This document shows positions 50,532-61,503 of a stretch of DNA of 64,000 nucleotides, piece after piece. The DNA comes from Gekko japonicus. Taxonomy: Eukaryota. Positions within the stretch are counted from its first letter, which is position 1, and each line of letters opens with the position of its first letter. Location: the NCBI RefSeq assembly GCF_001447785.1, contig NW_015169227.1, positions 1 to 64,000 of the forward strand, written 5' to 3'. Position numbers and translations under genes: made by a program. A model generated the notes under the pieces. The model was not told where the DNA came from. It ran no database searches and saw only the letters and a program-made list of their open reading frames with translations.

Positions 50532-51119
50532 ACATCAAACTGGCTCGAAGGGGAATTTTTTTATTTATTTTTGCATTTTCTACACACTACACACTACAAA
50601 TATGGGATGAGGAAAGGAATACTAATGCCCTGTCACTATTATTATGGGAATTGGATCAGGGAGATCTAGATACATATAGTCTACTGGATAGGGGAAGGAA
50701 AACTACCATTCTATTCTAAATCTCCTACTGGATATGGGGATAGGGTAAAGACTAATACAAATCGCGATCTGAAAAGCTAAGAGAATAGATCTTTTTAACC
50801 TATTAGTACAGGTTATACAGAGATTCGTTCGATTAGTTATTAGCTTGGTACAATTACTGCCCTTAGCACTCATGCTTTAGTTTTAGAGTCCTCTCTTCTT
50901 AGATTTCTTCGTATTCTGCAGTTTGGGAGCGGCCGCTTCTTTCTCTGATTCAGATTATTCTGATGATGAGGAAGTTTGGCTTGTTGAGTCCTGTGAGTAG
51001 GACTCCTCCTCCTCTTCTTCCTTCACATCCGGTTTTAGATTATTTTCCTTCTGCTTCTTTTTTACATAGAACATGTGATCCGAATTTTAAGTAAGTTTTC
51101 CCTGGAAGTTTATTTATCT

Positions 51120-51600
51120 TTATAAAATCCGGATAAGTCCTGTATCCATATCCTTAATTAAGTCTTCTTGTTTATAGTCCATTAGTGGGTCCAAGGCAAC
51201 CGCCAAAAGTTCCTTTGAGTCCTCATTCTTATCCTTAGGTATTCCATGGAAGCGTAGAACATACATGGATCTTTCCAGCTGGAGCTGAATTAATTGGGTT
51301 TTATCTGAGAAACTCTCCTTCTCTGCTTCATCCACTCTTTTATTAATACTCTGTCTGTTTTTCCATCTTTTTCAACATTTTCTCGGTTGCTGTGGTTCTC
51401 TTATCCATCTGCTTTAACTGCTTTTGCACATTATCTAGTTTGGTGTTGAGAATAGTCATCTGATTCATTAGAGGGCGCAGTGCATTTGCTAACAACAAAG
51501 AGAAGTCTGTAGATGCTTCCTGGTTCTGGGAGGGAGTCGTTGGTATGTTATTTCCGGTCACCAGTTTTTTCTCCGGTGCTCTCTGTCCTCTCCCAGCCAT
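51120..51600 (-). pseudogene. Frameshifted L1 ORF1p-like reading frame
   Basis: MAGRG... heptad-rich coiled coil, then ERSMYVLRFHGIPKDKNED, similar to the L1 ORF1 RRM start. Frameshift near 51340. Confidence 0.75.
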
Positions 51601-51714
51601 AATATCAACAAGAAGTAAGTTTTCCAAAACAAAGCAAAAGTTATGCGTTTTAATTCTGCTTCATATATTTTAGAAGCTTTTGCGTTTGTTTAACTTCTTA
51701 TACTCTTGGTTTGA

Positions 51715-52653
51715 TCTCTCGAGAGATCAAATTGCCAACATTCGCTGGATTATGGAGAAAGCAAGAGAGTACCAGAAAAATATCTACTTCTGCTTCATTG
51801 ACTATGCTAAAGCTTTTGACTGTGTGGATCACAACAAACTATGGCAGGTCCTTAAAGAGATGGGAGTACCAGACCACCTCACATGTCTCTTGAGAAACCT
51901 GTATAAGGGCCAAGAAGCGACAGTTAGAACCGGATATGGAACAACTGATTGGTTCAGCATAGGAAAAGGAGTACAACAAGGATGTATATTGTTTGGGGAT
52001 GGTGGTTCCACATGTCTGTGCATTTTCATAATTGTGGAGCCAGTTTATTTTATTTATTCATACCCCACCTTTCTCTCCAATGGAGACCCAAAGTGTATTA
52101 GAAGAAGAAGAGAAGAAGAGATTGGATTTATACCTCGCCCTTCACTACCCATGATAACAGCATGATAAAAAGTAGAGACATCACCCTGCCAACAAAAGTC
52201 CGCATGGTCAAAGCAATGGTATTCCCAGTAGTCATGTATGGCTGCGAGAGTTGGACTATAAGGAAGGCCGAGCGCCGAAGAATAGATTCTTTTGAACTAT
52301 GGTGCTGGAGAAGACTCTTGAGAGTCCCTTGGACTGCAAAAAGATCAAATCAGTCAATCCTAAAAGAAATCAACCCTGACTGTTCCCTGGAAGGCCAGAT
52401 AATGAAACTGAAGCTCAAATACTTTGGCCACCAAATGAGAAGGGAGCACTCACTGGAGAAGACCCTGACGCTGGGAAAGATTGAAGGTCAAAGAAGACGG
52501 GGACGGCAAAGGATGAGATGGTTAGACAGTATCATCAATGCAACGAACATGAAATTGAGCCAACTTCAGAGGACGGCGGAAGACAGGAGGGCCTGGTGGG
52601 AGATGATCCATGGGGTCGCGAAGAGTCGGACTCGACTGTGCGACTGAACAACA
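51715..52653 (+). mobile_element. Bov-B LINE, 5'-truncated, centre replaced by SINE-tail sequence (about 51991-52155)
   Basis: CFIDYAKAFDCVDH, GVQQGCIL, MYGCESWT; 12-bp TSD actcttggtttg. Confidence 0.92.
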
Positions 52654-52855
52654 ACTCTTGGTTTGGCTCAAAGTCTTTTTGTTTTTGCTTTAAAACCGTT
52701 TTTACAGTTACGTGAGAGGAGACACGTCCGAGCGGTGAAATGCTTAAACCGGAACTGTAGTGGGCAAGTTTGCAGGTGACACCAAATTATTCAGGATGGT
52801 AAAAACCAAGGCTGACTGTGAAAAAGCTCCAAGAGGATCTCCACAAACTGGGTGA

Positions 52856-53087
52856 AGATAAAGGTAAAGGTTTCCCTTGCTCGAAAGCCAGTTGAATCTG
52901 ACTCTAGGGTGCGGTACTCATCTCCGTTTCCAAGCCAAAGAGCCAGCGCTGTCCAAAGATGTTTCCATGGTCATGTGGCTGGCATGACTAGATGCCAAGG
53001 CACACGGAATGCTGTTACCTTCCCACCGAAGCAGTACCTATTTATCTCCTTGCAATTTCTTACTTTCAAACTGCTAGGTTGGCAAGA
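52856..53087 (-). mobile_element. Sauria SINE, 5'-truncated, inside CR1
   Basis: aaggtaaaggtt tail and Sauria body. Confidence 0.85.
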
Positions 53088-54145
53088 GCTTTTCAATTTA
53101 GACAAGAGACAACTAAGGGGAGACACGATACAGGTTTATAAAACTATGCATTGGATAGAAAGAGTCAACAAAGATAATTTTTCTCCCTCTACCAAAATAT
53201 TAGAACTCGAGGGCATCTAATGAAACTGACGGGCAGTAAGTTCAGGATGGACACAGTGAGTGATTACAATGTGGAATTTACTGCCAGAGGATGTAGTGAT
53301 GGCTACAGGAATAAACAGCTTTAAAGGGGGATTAGATTCATGGAGGATACGTCTATCAATGGCTACTAGCCACGGTGGCTGAGGGGAACCGCTACATTCA
53401 GAAGCACTAATCCTCTGAATCTGAGTTAGGAGGCAACATCCGGGGAAGGAGTCAGCCTCTATGCCCTGTTGTTGGCCGTCCAGTGTGGCCCCTGTGTGAG
53501 ACAGGATGCTAGACTAGACAGACTATTGGTCTGATCCAGCAGGGCTCTTCTTACGTTATTAAGAGGAGGAACATTTTGCAAACAGGGTAGAATCAGATGT
53601 GATGGCAGCAGAACCATGTCTTCAAATGTGGGTTGTCAAACAAGAGTGAAGCGGAGGGAGTGATTTCAAGCAGAAAAGTGATAGGTGGGATAGGATGTTA
53701 AAAACCCCTTGATCTACCCCACACCCACACAAAAACCTAAAGTCATTTTTCACCTGGCTAAAAATATTTTGATCTTGTGATTAATTAACATTAACTATCA
53801 CTCAGACACAACTCCGGACCTTCAGGAGCTGGCAGTCCTGCAAAACCTCCCACAAAACAGGCCTCTTTGTAGCTACAATAGACACATGCATGTGAAAGTA
53901 CAAATTGTTTTATTCTGCAGAACCTCTCATTAATCCAGATTATACACTTACTGGACATCAATTGATTTTATCTCTTTAATGGAGGGGTGGAGTTTGGGAA
54001 ATGGCTCTAATCAGTGTGCAGACAGGGAACAAAGGGTACATTAAAGTTACCCCTTAGTCAACCCAGTCAGAGGTCTGAAGCAGAAGGTGTGCAGATCAAC
54101 TGAGAGTATCAGTGATTTATTTGCAGGCCCAAGCCTAAAGAAATG

Positions 54146-54285
54146 CTCACAACAACCCTACTGAGGTAGGTTATGCTGAGAGTGTATGACTGGCCCAAGG
54201 TCACCCAGCAAAGCTTCCGTGGCAGACTGGACATTCGAACCTGGGTCTCCCAGATCCTAGGTAACATTCTAACTACTACACCTCC
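54146..54285 (-). mobile_element. Squam3-like SINE fragment
   Basis: gaggtaggtta...gactggcccaaggtcacccag...gaacctgggtctcccag. Confidence 0.75.
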
Positions 54286-55531
54286 AGAATACAGAATCCC
54301 TAAGAGATACCGTTTGAGAGAAGAAGTGGAACAAGGACAGGGCAAAGCGGGCAGTGGTAAAGGAGAGGGTGCTGACGAAAATATCATCATGTAGACCTTT
54401 AAGCAGCAGCAAAGGCAGAAAAAGGAAACATTTGAATCACACTGAAGCATGAATAGAGGGTCTGGATCCTGGGGTGGAACACATGCCAGAGTAAGAAGTC
54501 TGAGGCAAAAACTGTTCAGAAGTCACTTCTCTGCAGAAGTGCTAGACCGTCTTTGATCCTCTACTGCCATTGTTTACTATTTTATTCCTTTCTTTATTCT
54601 CCCTACACAATGTTCAACTTCATCTGGTTCTGTAAAAGAAAGGATGCAACATGTGATGACTGAACAAGCTTCATCCTAGAAACAGTATGTAAAATGAATA
54701 CTCTTTGTGGTTTTAACACTGCTATTTAATAAATGTGCATTATTTGCCATTTTGCTTATTGGGAAAATGTTCAAAAGATGACGTTTTACACATGTGTACA
54801 TGCACACACAAATATGTGCTTGAACAAGCACTTGGATAATAGCCACAGCGCCTGTTAAGTTCAGCCTTTTTAAATTCATTCATTAATTACTTGGGAAGGG
54901 GAAATAAACAACACATTAATGAAGTTCCCAAGGGGCAATAAATTGTGAGCAGCTGTGAAAACCAGTACAGACTGAGGAATACAATAAGAGATCATTAAGG
55001 CATAAAATACATGAATGGAAACATACGTGCGCATAATAAAATCAGTATACAACTGAAACCTAAAATGTAGCAAAAGGTGACAGCAGTGCTGAAAGATCAA
55101 ATTAAAAATTGTCCTCCTATATAACCAACTAACTATGAATCAGTATTTTTGAAAAAAGGCTAATTCCTGTGAAGTAGCTATATACACCATTATCAAACGT
55201 TCCAGCACAGCTCCAGCACAAATATTTTAAAGCCTCTTCAGAAGCCATTTCCGCTATGCTGCTGCAGTCAGAAGGCTGCCAATTTATAAAACTACAAATA
55301 AAACCCATGTAAAAAATTTTATTGTATTTTAATCTTTTAATGTGAGCCGCCCTGAGCCTGCTCCGGCAGGAAGGGCAGGATACAAATTGAATTAAATAAA
55401 TAAATAAATAAAAATATTGTTTATTGAGACTAATCAAAATGAAACGAAGTAGTATGCATGGCTTTGAGTTCTCAAGAAACCTTCATCAGCTGTATGTTAA
55501 AAGGATGGTTTTGCAGGTGGCCTGAAACATT

Positions 55532-55564
<33 letters not shown>

Positions 55565-55729
55565 TCCCATCCTTTTTGTTTATTTTATCATCCAGCCTGA
55601 AGTCAGCTAGCACGCCATTCTGTGTCATTTGGGTCGGTCTTAATAAATGGTATTTACATGGATTGGTTTGAAGACCAGTACAGCCACTTGGAACTTGTAT
55701 CAACTTTTAAAACTGGCTCCTGTAGCTAT

Positions 55730-56038
55730 TTTTGTTGTTGTTGTTCAGTCACACAGTCGAGTCCGACTCTTCGCGACCCCATGGACCAGATCACGCCAGG
55801 CCTTCCTGTCTTCCGCTGTCCTCTGAAGTTTGCTCAATTTCATGTTCGTTGCATCTATGACACTGTCTAACCATATCATCCTTTGCCGTCCCCATCTTCT
55901 TTGACCTTCAATCTTTCCCAGCATCAGGGTCTTCTCCAGTGAGTGCTCCCTTCTCATTTGGTGGCCAAAGTATTTGAGCTTCAGTTTCATTATCTGGCCT
56001 TCCAGGGAACAGTCAGGGATGATTTCTTTTAGGATTGA
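55730..56038 (-). mobile_element. Bov-B 3' fragment
   Basis: KLKLKYFGH...RTRLCD; (CAA)n tail; TSD ctgtagctat. Confidence 0.92.
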
Positions 56039-56571
56039 CTGTAGCTATATTCCTCAGCAACTTGGTTTGAAGCCAGTAGCAGGTGATAATGCTTATCTCC
56101 ACACTAGGAATAAAGTCTGCTGCCTGCTAATTCTCAAACTGCAATTGGGGGCTAGCATTCCCACAAGACAGGTGTTGCTTGAAACACTCCAGTTACATGG
56201 TCTGAAATCTGCATCAGAGAATTCCTACTACATTAATGTAAAAAGAGGGGAGAATCTCAGCTCAGTTCTCCTTGCCAATAAAGTATTACAATACTGTGTT
56301 GACTATTCTATTGGAAAGGCATGGTAGAAATATTTTTTAAAATAGAGAAGGTACAAAGAAAGTTAGGCAAAGTTACGAGGAACTTCTGAAACAAACAGGC
56401 AGTAAAAGCAGCAATAACTCTGTTTATTCAGTCTACCAGTATTTAGGAATAGAAAAAGCCACTCACAAGGAGAAGAGCCTATGTAAGATCACAGAATCCA
56501 TGGACACAAACTCACAGCAAAGATCCACTGATGAGAAATGGGAGGAGCAGCAGCACTGCTCAGTCTGTGGT

Positions 56572-56765
56572 GCCGGAAAGTGCTGTCAAGTCACAAATGC
56601 CTTATGGTGGCCCTGAAGATGAACAGAAATGGCTTGCCCTTGCCTGCCTCTGCGTAGCAATCCTGGACTTCGTTAGTGGCCTCCCATCCAAGTGCTAACC
56701 CGGGCCAATCTGGCTTAGTTTCTGAGAGATCTGACAAGATCAGCCTAGCCGGGGCATCCAGATGC
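56572..56765 (-). mobile_element. 5S rRNA-derived SINE
   Basis: ctcccatccaagtgctaacc...gcttagtttctgagagatctgacaagatcag closely follows reverse-complement 5S rRNA; same tail as 5810-5985. Confidence 0.78.
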
Positions 56766-59700
56766 AGGTGCTCAGTATATAGCTCTTGATTTTTTCAGTG
56801 TACATTCTATTTTTGTATTACTGGGTAGACCGTATACCAAAGTTTCCAAAGAAACTGAGGCCAGAGAAAATGCTCTGAAACGTGCTGTTCATATCATTAT
56901 CTACAATGGCCTGCCTCGGAAAAAATACAAATCAACATACAAATCTGCCTTACACTAAAATCAGAGCATTTGTCCCTCTAGCTCAGTGTCATTCTGACTG
57001 GCAATGGAACCCCCCACATCTCAGACAGAAAGGGGCCTTTCCCAGCCCCAGCTACTGGAGATCCTTTAACTGGCGATATTGCGACTCCCCCCCCCACACA
57101 CACATGACAACAAAATTATGCAGTCAGCCAATCTAAAGTCAAGTAATAAGGAAACAGGCCCCTAGTCATCCCCACATATAAATGTCTTACCCTATAGACT
57201 CTATACACATGGACTATGGCTTTACCTTTACCCCCCACCCTCTGGCTCCAGTTACTTTACCTTGAGCCTGGACATTGCCATTGCAGTCCCACAGACATCT
57301 GTTACTATGAGCCCTGTTCCAGGATTAAGACTATTAGAAGCTATAAAGGCTGTTCTCTGGCCACAGTTGACACATCTCTGTTAGTTCTGGGTTGCAACAC
57401 AGGCCAGTAAAAGTGTGATGGCAACGACACTGTCTGGCCTTGCCTGAACACTCAGGATGTTGGGAAATTCCACAGTATAAAAATGGCAAAAACACCAAGA
57501 GTACCATTGCCCGCAGCTGCTCCACAACTACAGAAAGTCCTATACCCAGAGGTCTCTTCAACCCTCAGCACTTTCTGGAACAGTGTTGGGTTTAATCTTT
57601 GGGCTGAAATATGGTGATGTGAGTTTTAAAAAATGTAAACATATTTTATATGTTGGGGTTTTTTAAACATGTTACTTGTCCTGCTGTTTCACAAATGAAA
57701 GACACAGAAGTACCAGCAGTCACTCCAAAAGACTGGACAACTCTTCTTTTTGTACTACCGATCAGTTGAAGTCTGTTTTTATTCAGCTTTCAGTGAGTTC
57801 TCTACAAGTAGCCTCTGGGTCTGCCACTGCTCAGCTCTTTTTAAACAAAAAAGAATCAGTTAAGCCAGTAAGACTCTTAATGAAGCCAAATCTCAGCCTT
57901 GAATAAAGTTAGCCTCACGTTAACAGCAAGTCAAACAAAAGCCATGGAACATACAAAGGGAAAACACCTCCTGGGCCAAGAGGAAAACCTCTGTAATCTT
58001 AGTTCTCCAAACATATATTTTTTTAAGTTCCTCAGCAAAAGACATATGTAAAAGCAGCATTCCTCAAAGTATTAGAGTTCAACATGAAGTCAAAGGGGCA
58101 ACTATTTAATAAGACACTAGACAGTGGAGACATTTGCCTTGTTTCGTCTTCACAGGAGGCATATAGATTTTTTATATTTGCTTAACACACTCAGATGGGA
58201 CAAAGTGGATCTTCCACCAGTCCCTAACACTTTATAGCTGCCCTCACAGGGGAAGTGGGAACGTGTACAGCTCAGCAGCTCAATTTTGGCTAAAATCTGT
58301 ATTCCAGCTTCAAGCACACCTCTTCTGTGCCTCAGCACATGAAAACTGGGGCAAACCAGAGTAGTTCATCTCTATAAAGACCTGGTTTGCAGACAGCTTC
58401 TTCAGTCTGGACTTATCAGACATGAACAGATTTAATTCCAGTCTGAGGTTGTTTGGCCCTCCCTAGTCTACCTAGCAGAGTTTACCTACTGTTAGGAAGG
58501 GAGTTTACCTACTGTTATTTTATTGCACTTATCTTTATTTGAAAAGGAATTTCCCTTCAAAGTTCATTATGCAACACCTCTTTCTTCCCCACTTTTAGTA
58601 AAGGTCAGGTTTTATCTGTCGCCTGGAACACCTTGTGGATGGAGTCACCATGAGTCAGTTGTGACTCAACAACATGTATTTATTTAGATATTTGCCTATG
58701 ACACATTTCTCTGATTATTTCAGTCACACAGAGTTCCCTTGATGGAAACCAGGTGGTAGTGAGACTTCAGTGGAGGCAGTCAAACTCGAGTAGGCTTATA
58801 CTTGGTGGCAGCAAAGAGTGATTTTATACTAGGGAGAGAGCTGGATAGATATTGGGTGCGGGGAAAACTGCAGTGCTAACATCTCCTAGTCATGGGTCAG
58901 GCTAGAAGCTGTTCTGTCATGGCAGTTATGACTCACAAAAAATGATAATTGACACAGAGGAGAAAAGGAAGGGCCACATAGCCCAACCACATACAAGTAA
59001 ACAACAGTTGACCGTTCTTAGCAAACTCAAGAAGACAGACCACCATAGCTAAATATCAAGATATTGTTTTGAACTGGGCCAATAATTGGTTTAAATTATC
59101 AGTTTATCAAGTTATAGAGATCGTGGCAAACAGCTATAGTCAAAATATGCAGCAATGACACTAGAATCCCACAAAGTACTTTGAAATAAAAGGCAGTACT
59201 GTTAGGACATCATATGTAGTGTGAAGCTCACATGGACCTGTCATGTGTGGGGTGGTCTTCCTTCTTGCTTTCAACTAGGGAAGTCTCTGTGTTGTCCCCT
59301 CATTCAACTAAATGAAAAGTCTGCTAACTAAATGAAAAGTCTACAAGAAAATGTCACATTGAGCCAAAAATGTTTCCACTTCAGCTATTTGTTGCCAACT
59401 TTTCTGCCAACTATTGTGTTGCCAACTCTTGAAAGCAAAAATTCTTGTACGTAGGTAAGACCTGGGGAGGCACAGCCATCTGGGTCAGGATATGGAATCT
59501 ACAAGAGTTTATATAGCAATTGTAGAGTCAAAGTCTTTATTAATACCGTCATAGACAGGCACAGATAATGACTGCATTTGCTGGATCCAGTGGGACAGTC
59601 TACTATTTAAAAAAAACAAAAACAGTTAAGTAAGGGGAGAAATGGTCTTGGTCCTTATTTTTCCAGCAACTGGCCATGTTTTTTGTTTCATTTTCAGATT

Positions 59701-59767
59701 ACTGGCATTCTTGAGGTACTAAACGTTCTGGAGTATCAGCATATATATCACTGATTACCAGCTCACT

Positions 59768-60267
59768 GGGTGCGTTCAGTCGGGGGCTTTCTGCCAGCAT
59801 AAACTGCACCGGTTCCTTTCTGCCGGCATAAACGCAATCATACTCACCCTCCATTTTGCGGATCCCTCCGTTGGATGCCCGCTCACACGCTGCGGGCATT
59901 GGCGGGGTTTTTTTTTAAAAGCAGTTTGAGCATGCGCAAAAATCGCCATTCTCTGAATGTCTGCCTATGCGCATGCTCAAACCCCCCCCCCATTCCATTT
60001 AAACTTTAAAGGAAAGTTCTTTCCTTTAAAGTTTAAATGGAATGGGGGGGGGGTTTGAGCATGCGCAAAAATCGCCATTCTCTGAATGTCTGCCTATGCG
60101 CATGCTCAAACTGCTTTTAAAAAAAAACCCCGCCAATGCCCGCAGCGTGTGAGCGGGCATCCAACGGAGGGATCCGCAAAATGGAGGGTGAGTATGATTG
60201 CGTTTATGCCGGCAGAAAGGAACCGGTGCAGTTTATGCTGGCAGAAAGCCCCCGTCTGAACGCACCC
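59768..60267. mobile_element. 500-bp fold-back (palindromic) non-autonomous DNA transposon, probably PIF/Harbinger-type
   Basis: 249-bp arms around a TT centre; termini gggtgcgttcag / ctgaacgcaccc; 3-bp direct flank ACT on both sides. Confidence 0.88.
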
Positions 60268-60608
60268 ACTGTGTTATAATCTGCAGCTATGCTTGATTTA
60301 CAGATATTAAACAGGCTACAAAAATGCAGATAACTTGCCAAATGTTACATAGTCCTTGTAGTCACAGTTGATTATTCCCATTCAATTTGTTCCTTATGAG
60401 ACAAACCAGAAAAAATTGTGAAGTTTGCCTTTTGTGTGAAAGACACCTGTTACAAAGCAGTTCAAGCCATTTTGGAGCAAACAAGTTGTTTCCTGCACAG
60501 TGACTCAGGGCTATTTCAGAGCAACAGGTAAACTGGATCACCATGCACAGCAAACAGGACATAAACAAGGTTTTTTTACTAAGTCAAGAACAAAGTTAGG
60601 AAAATAAA

Positions 60609-60666
<58 letters not shown>
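60609..60666. repeat. (AAT)n microsatellite
   Basis: Directly visible. Confidence 0.95.
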
Positions 60667-60670
<4 letters not shown>

Positions 60671-60898
60671 CCCTGCCTTTCCAATGGCTGTGGGGTGGGG
60701 AATGCAGTGAGTTGTTCTATCTGAGCAAAGGATGCTTTTGATCATGGTTTTATTCCTAACTTTAAAAAGAACATAACATTGATTATATCATTTTTTAAAA
60801 AATGCAATTTCTATTGCATCCTAAATTCCTCATGGACTAGTAGGGATGTGATAAATGTATCAATGGGAAAAAATTAAACATTTATTGATTTATCAACA

Positions 60899-61251
60899 GA
60901 GCTGCAGTGGCTCAAGTGGTTAAGACGCTGAACTGCAGGCTGTGGAAGGTCGGTAGTTCAGCAGTTCAAGACCCGAGTGCCGCATGATGGAGTGAGCTCC
61001 CGTCTCTAGTTCCAGCTCCTGCCAACCTAGCAGTTCGAAAGCAAGAAATTGCAAGTAGATAAATAGGTACCACTTCGGTGGGAAGGTAACAACGTTCCGT
61101 GCGCCTTGGTGCTTAGTCATGCCGGCCACATGACCACGGAATCGTCTTCGGACAGTGCTGGCTCTTCGGCTTTGAAACGGAGATGAGCACCGCAACCCTA
61201 GAGTCGGATTTGACTGGCTTTCGAGCAAGGGAACCTTTACCTTTTACCTTT
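60899..61251 (+). mobile_element. Sauria SINE, full length
   Basis: gagctgcagtggctcaagtggttaag head; accttt-type tail. Confidence 0.92.
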
Positions 61252-61273
61252 ACAACAGCTATCCCCAGATGTA

Positions 61274-61503
61274 GAGACAGTCAGTATGATACAGTGGTTA
61301 AGAGTGCTGGACTAGTATCTGGGAGATCCAGCTTCAAATCCCTACTCGTGCCATGGAAGCCCAGCTGAGTCACTTTGGGCCAGTCAGCCTAATCTACCTC
61401 ACAGGGTCACTGTGAGGATAAAATGAAGATGAGAATTATGTAAGCTGCTTTGGGTCCCCACTGGGAGAAAGGCAAGGTTGAATTAGTTAAATAAATAAAT
61501 AAA
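61274..61503 (+). mobile_element. Squam3-like SINE
   Basis: tRNA-like head, cagcctaatctacctcacaggg core, (aaat)n tail. Confidence 0.78.

Larger units (their letters stand above)
50222..52755 (-). mobile_element. L1-derived ORF1-only element with nested insertions
   Basis: 17-bp TSD tgtagtgggcaagtttg (50205-50221 and 52756-52772); 5' end gttccgg; coiled-coil plus LRFHGIP ORF1-like frames; no EN/RT motifs. Confidence 0.75.
49990..53560 (+). mobile_element. CR1 LINE fragment split by later insertions (pieces about 49990-50221, 52756-52855, 53088-53560)
   Basis: VPHQRLLSKL..HGI, SGIPQ.SVLGPVLFNLFIN; continues across the insertion as GKFAGDTKL (FADD site); CR1 3' UTR. Confidence 0.88.

Noticed and set aside
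55455-55492. Active hammerhead ribozyme
   Set aside because: The GAAA half of the core is degraded and no convincing flanking stems are seen.
56660-56760. Functional 5S rRNA or tRNA genes
   Set aside because: These are diverged SINE heads attached to retroposon tails.
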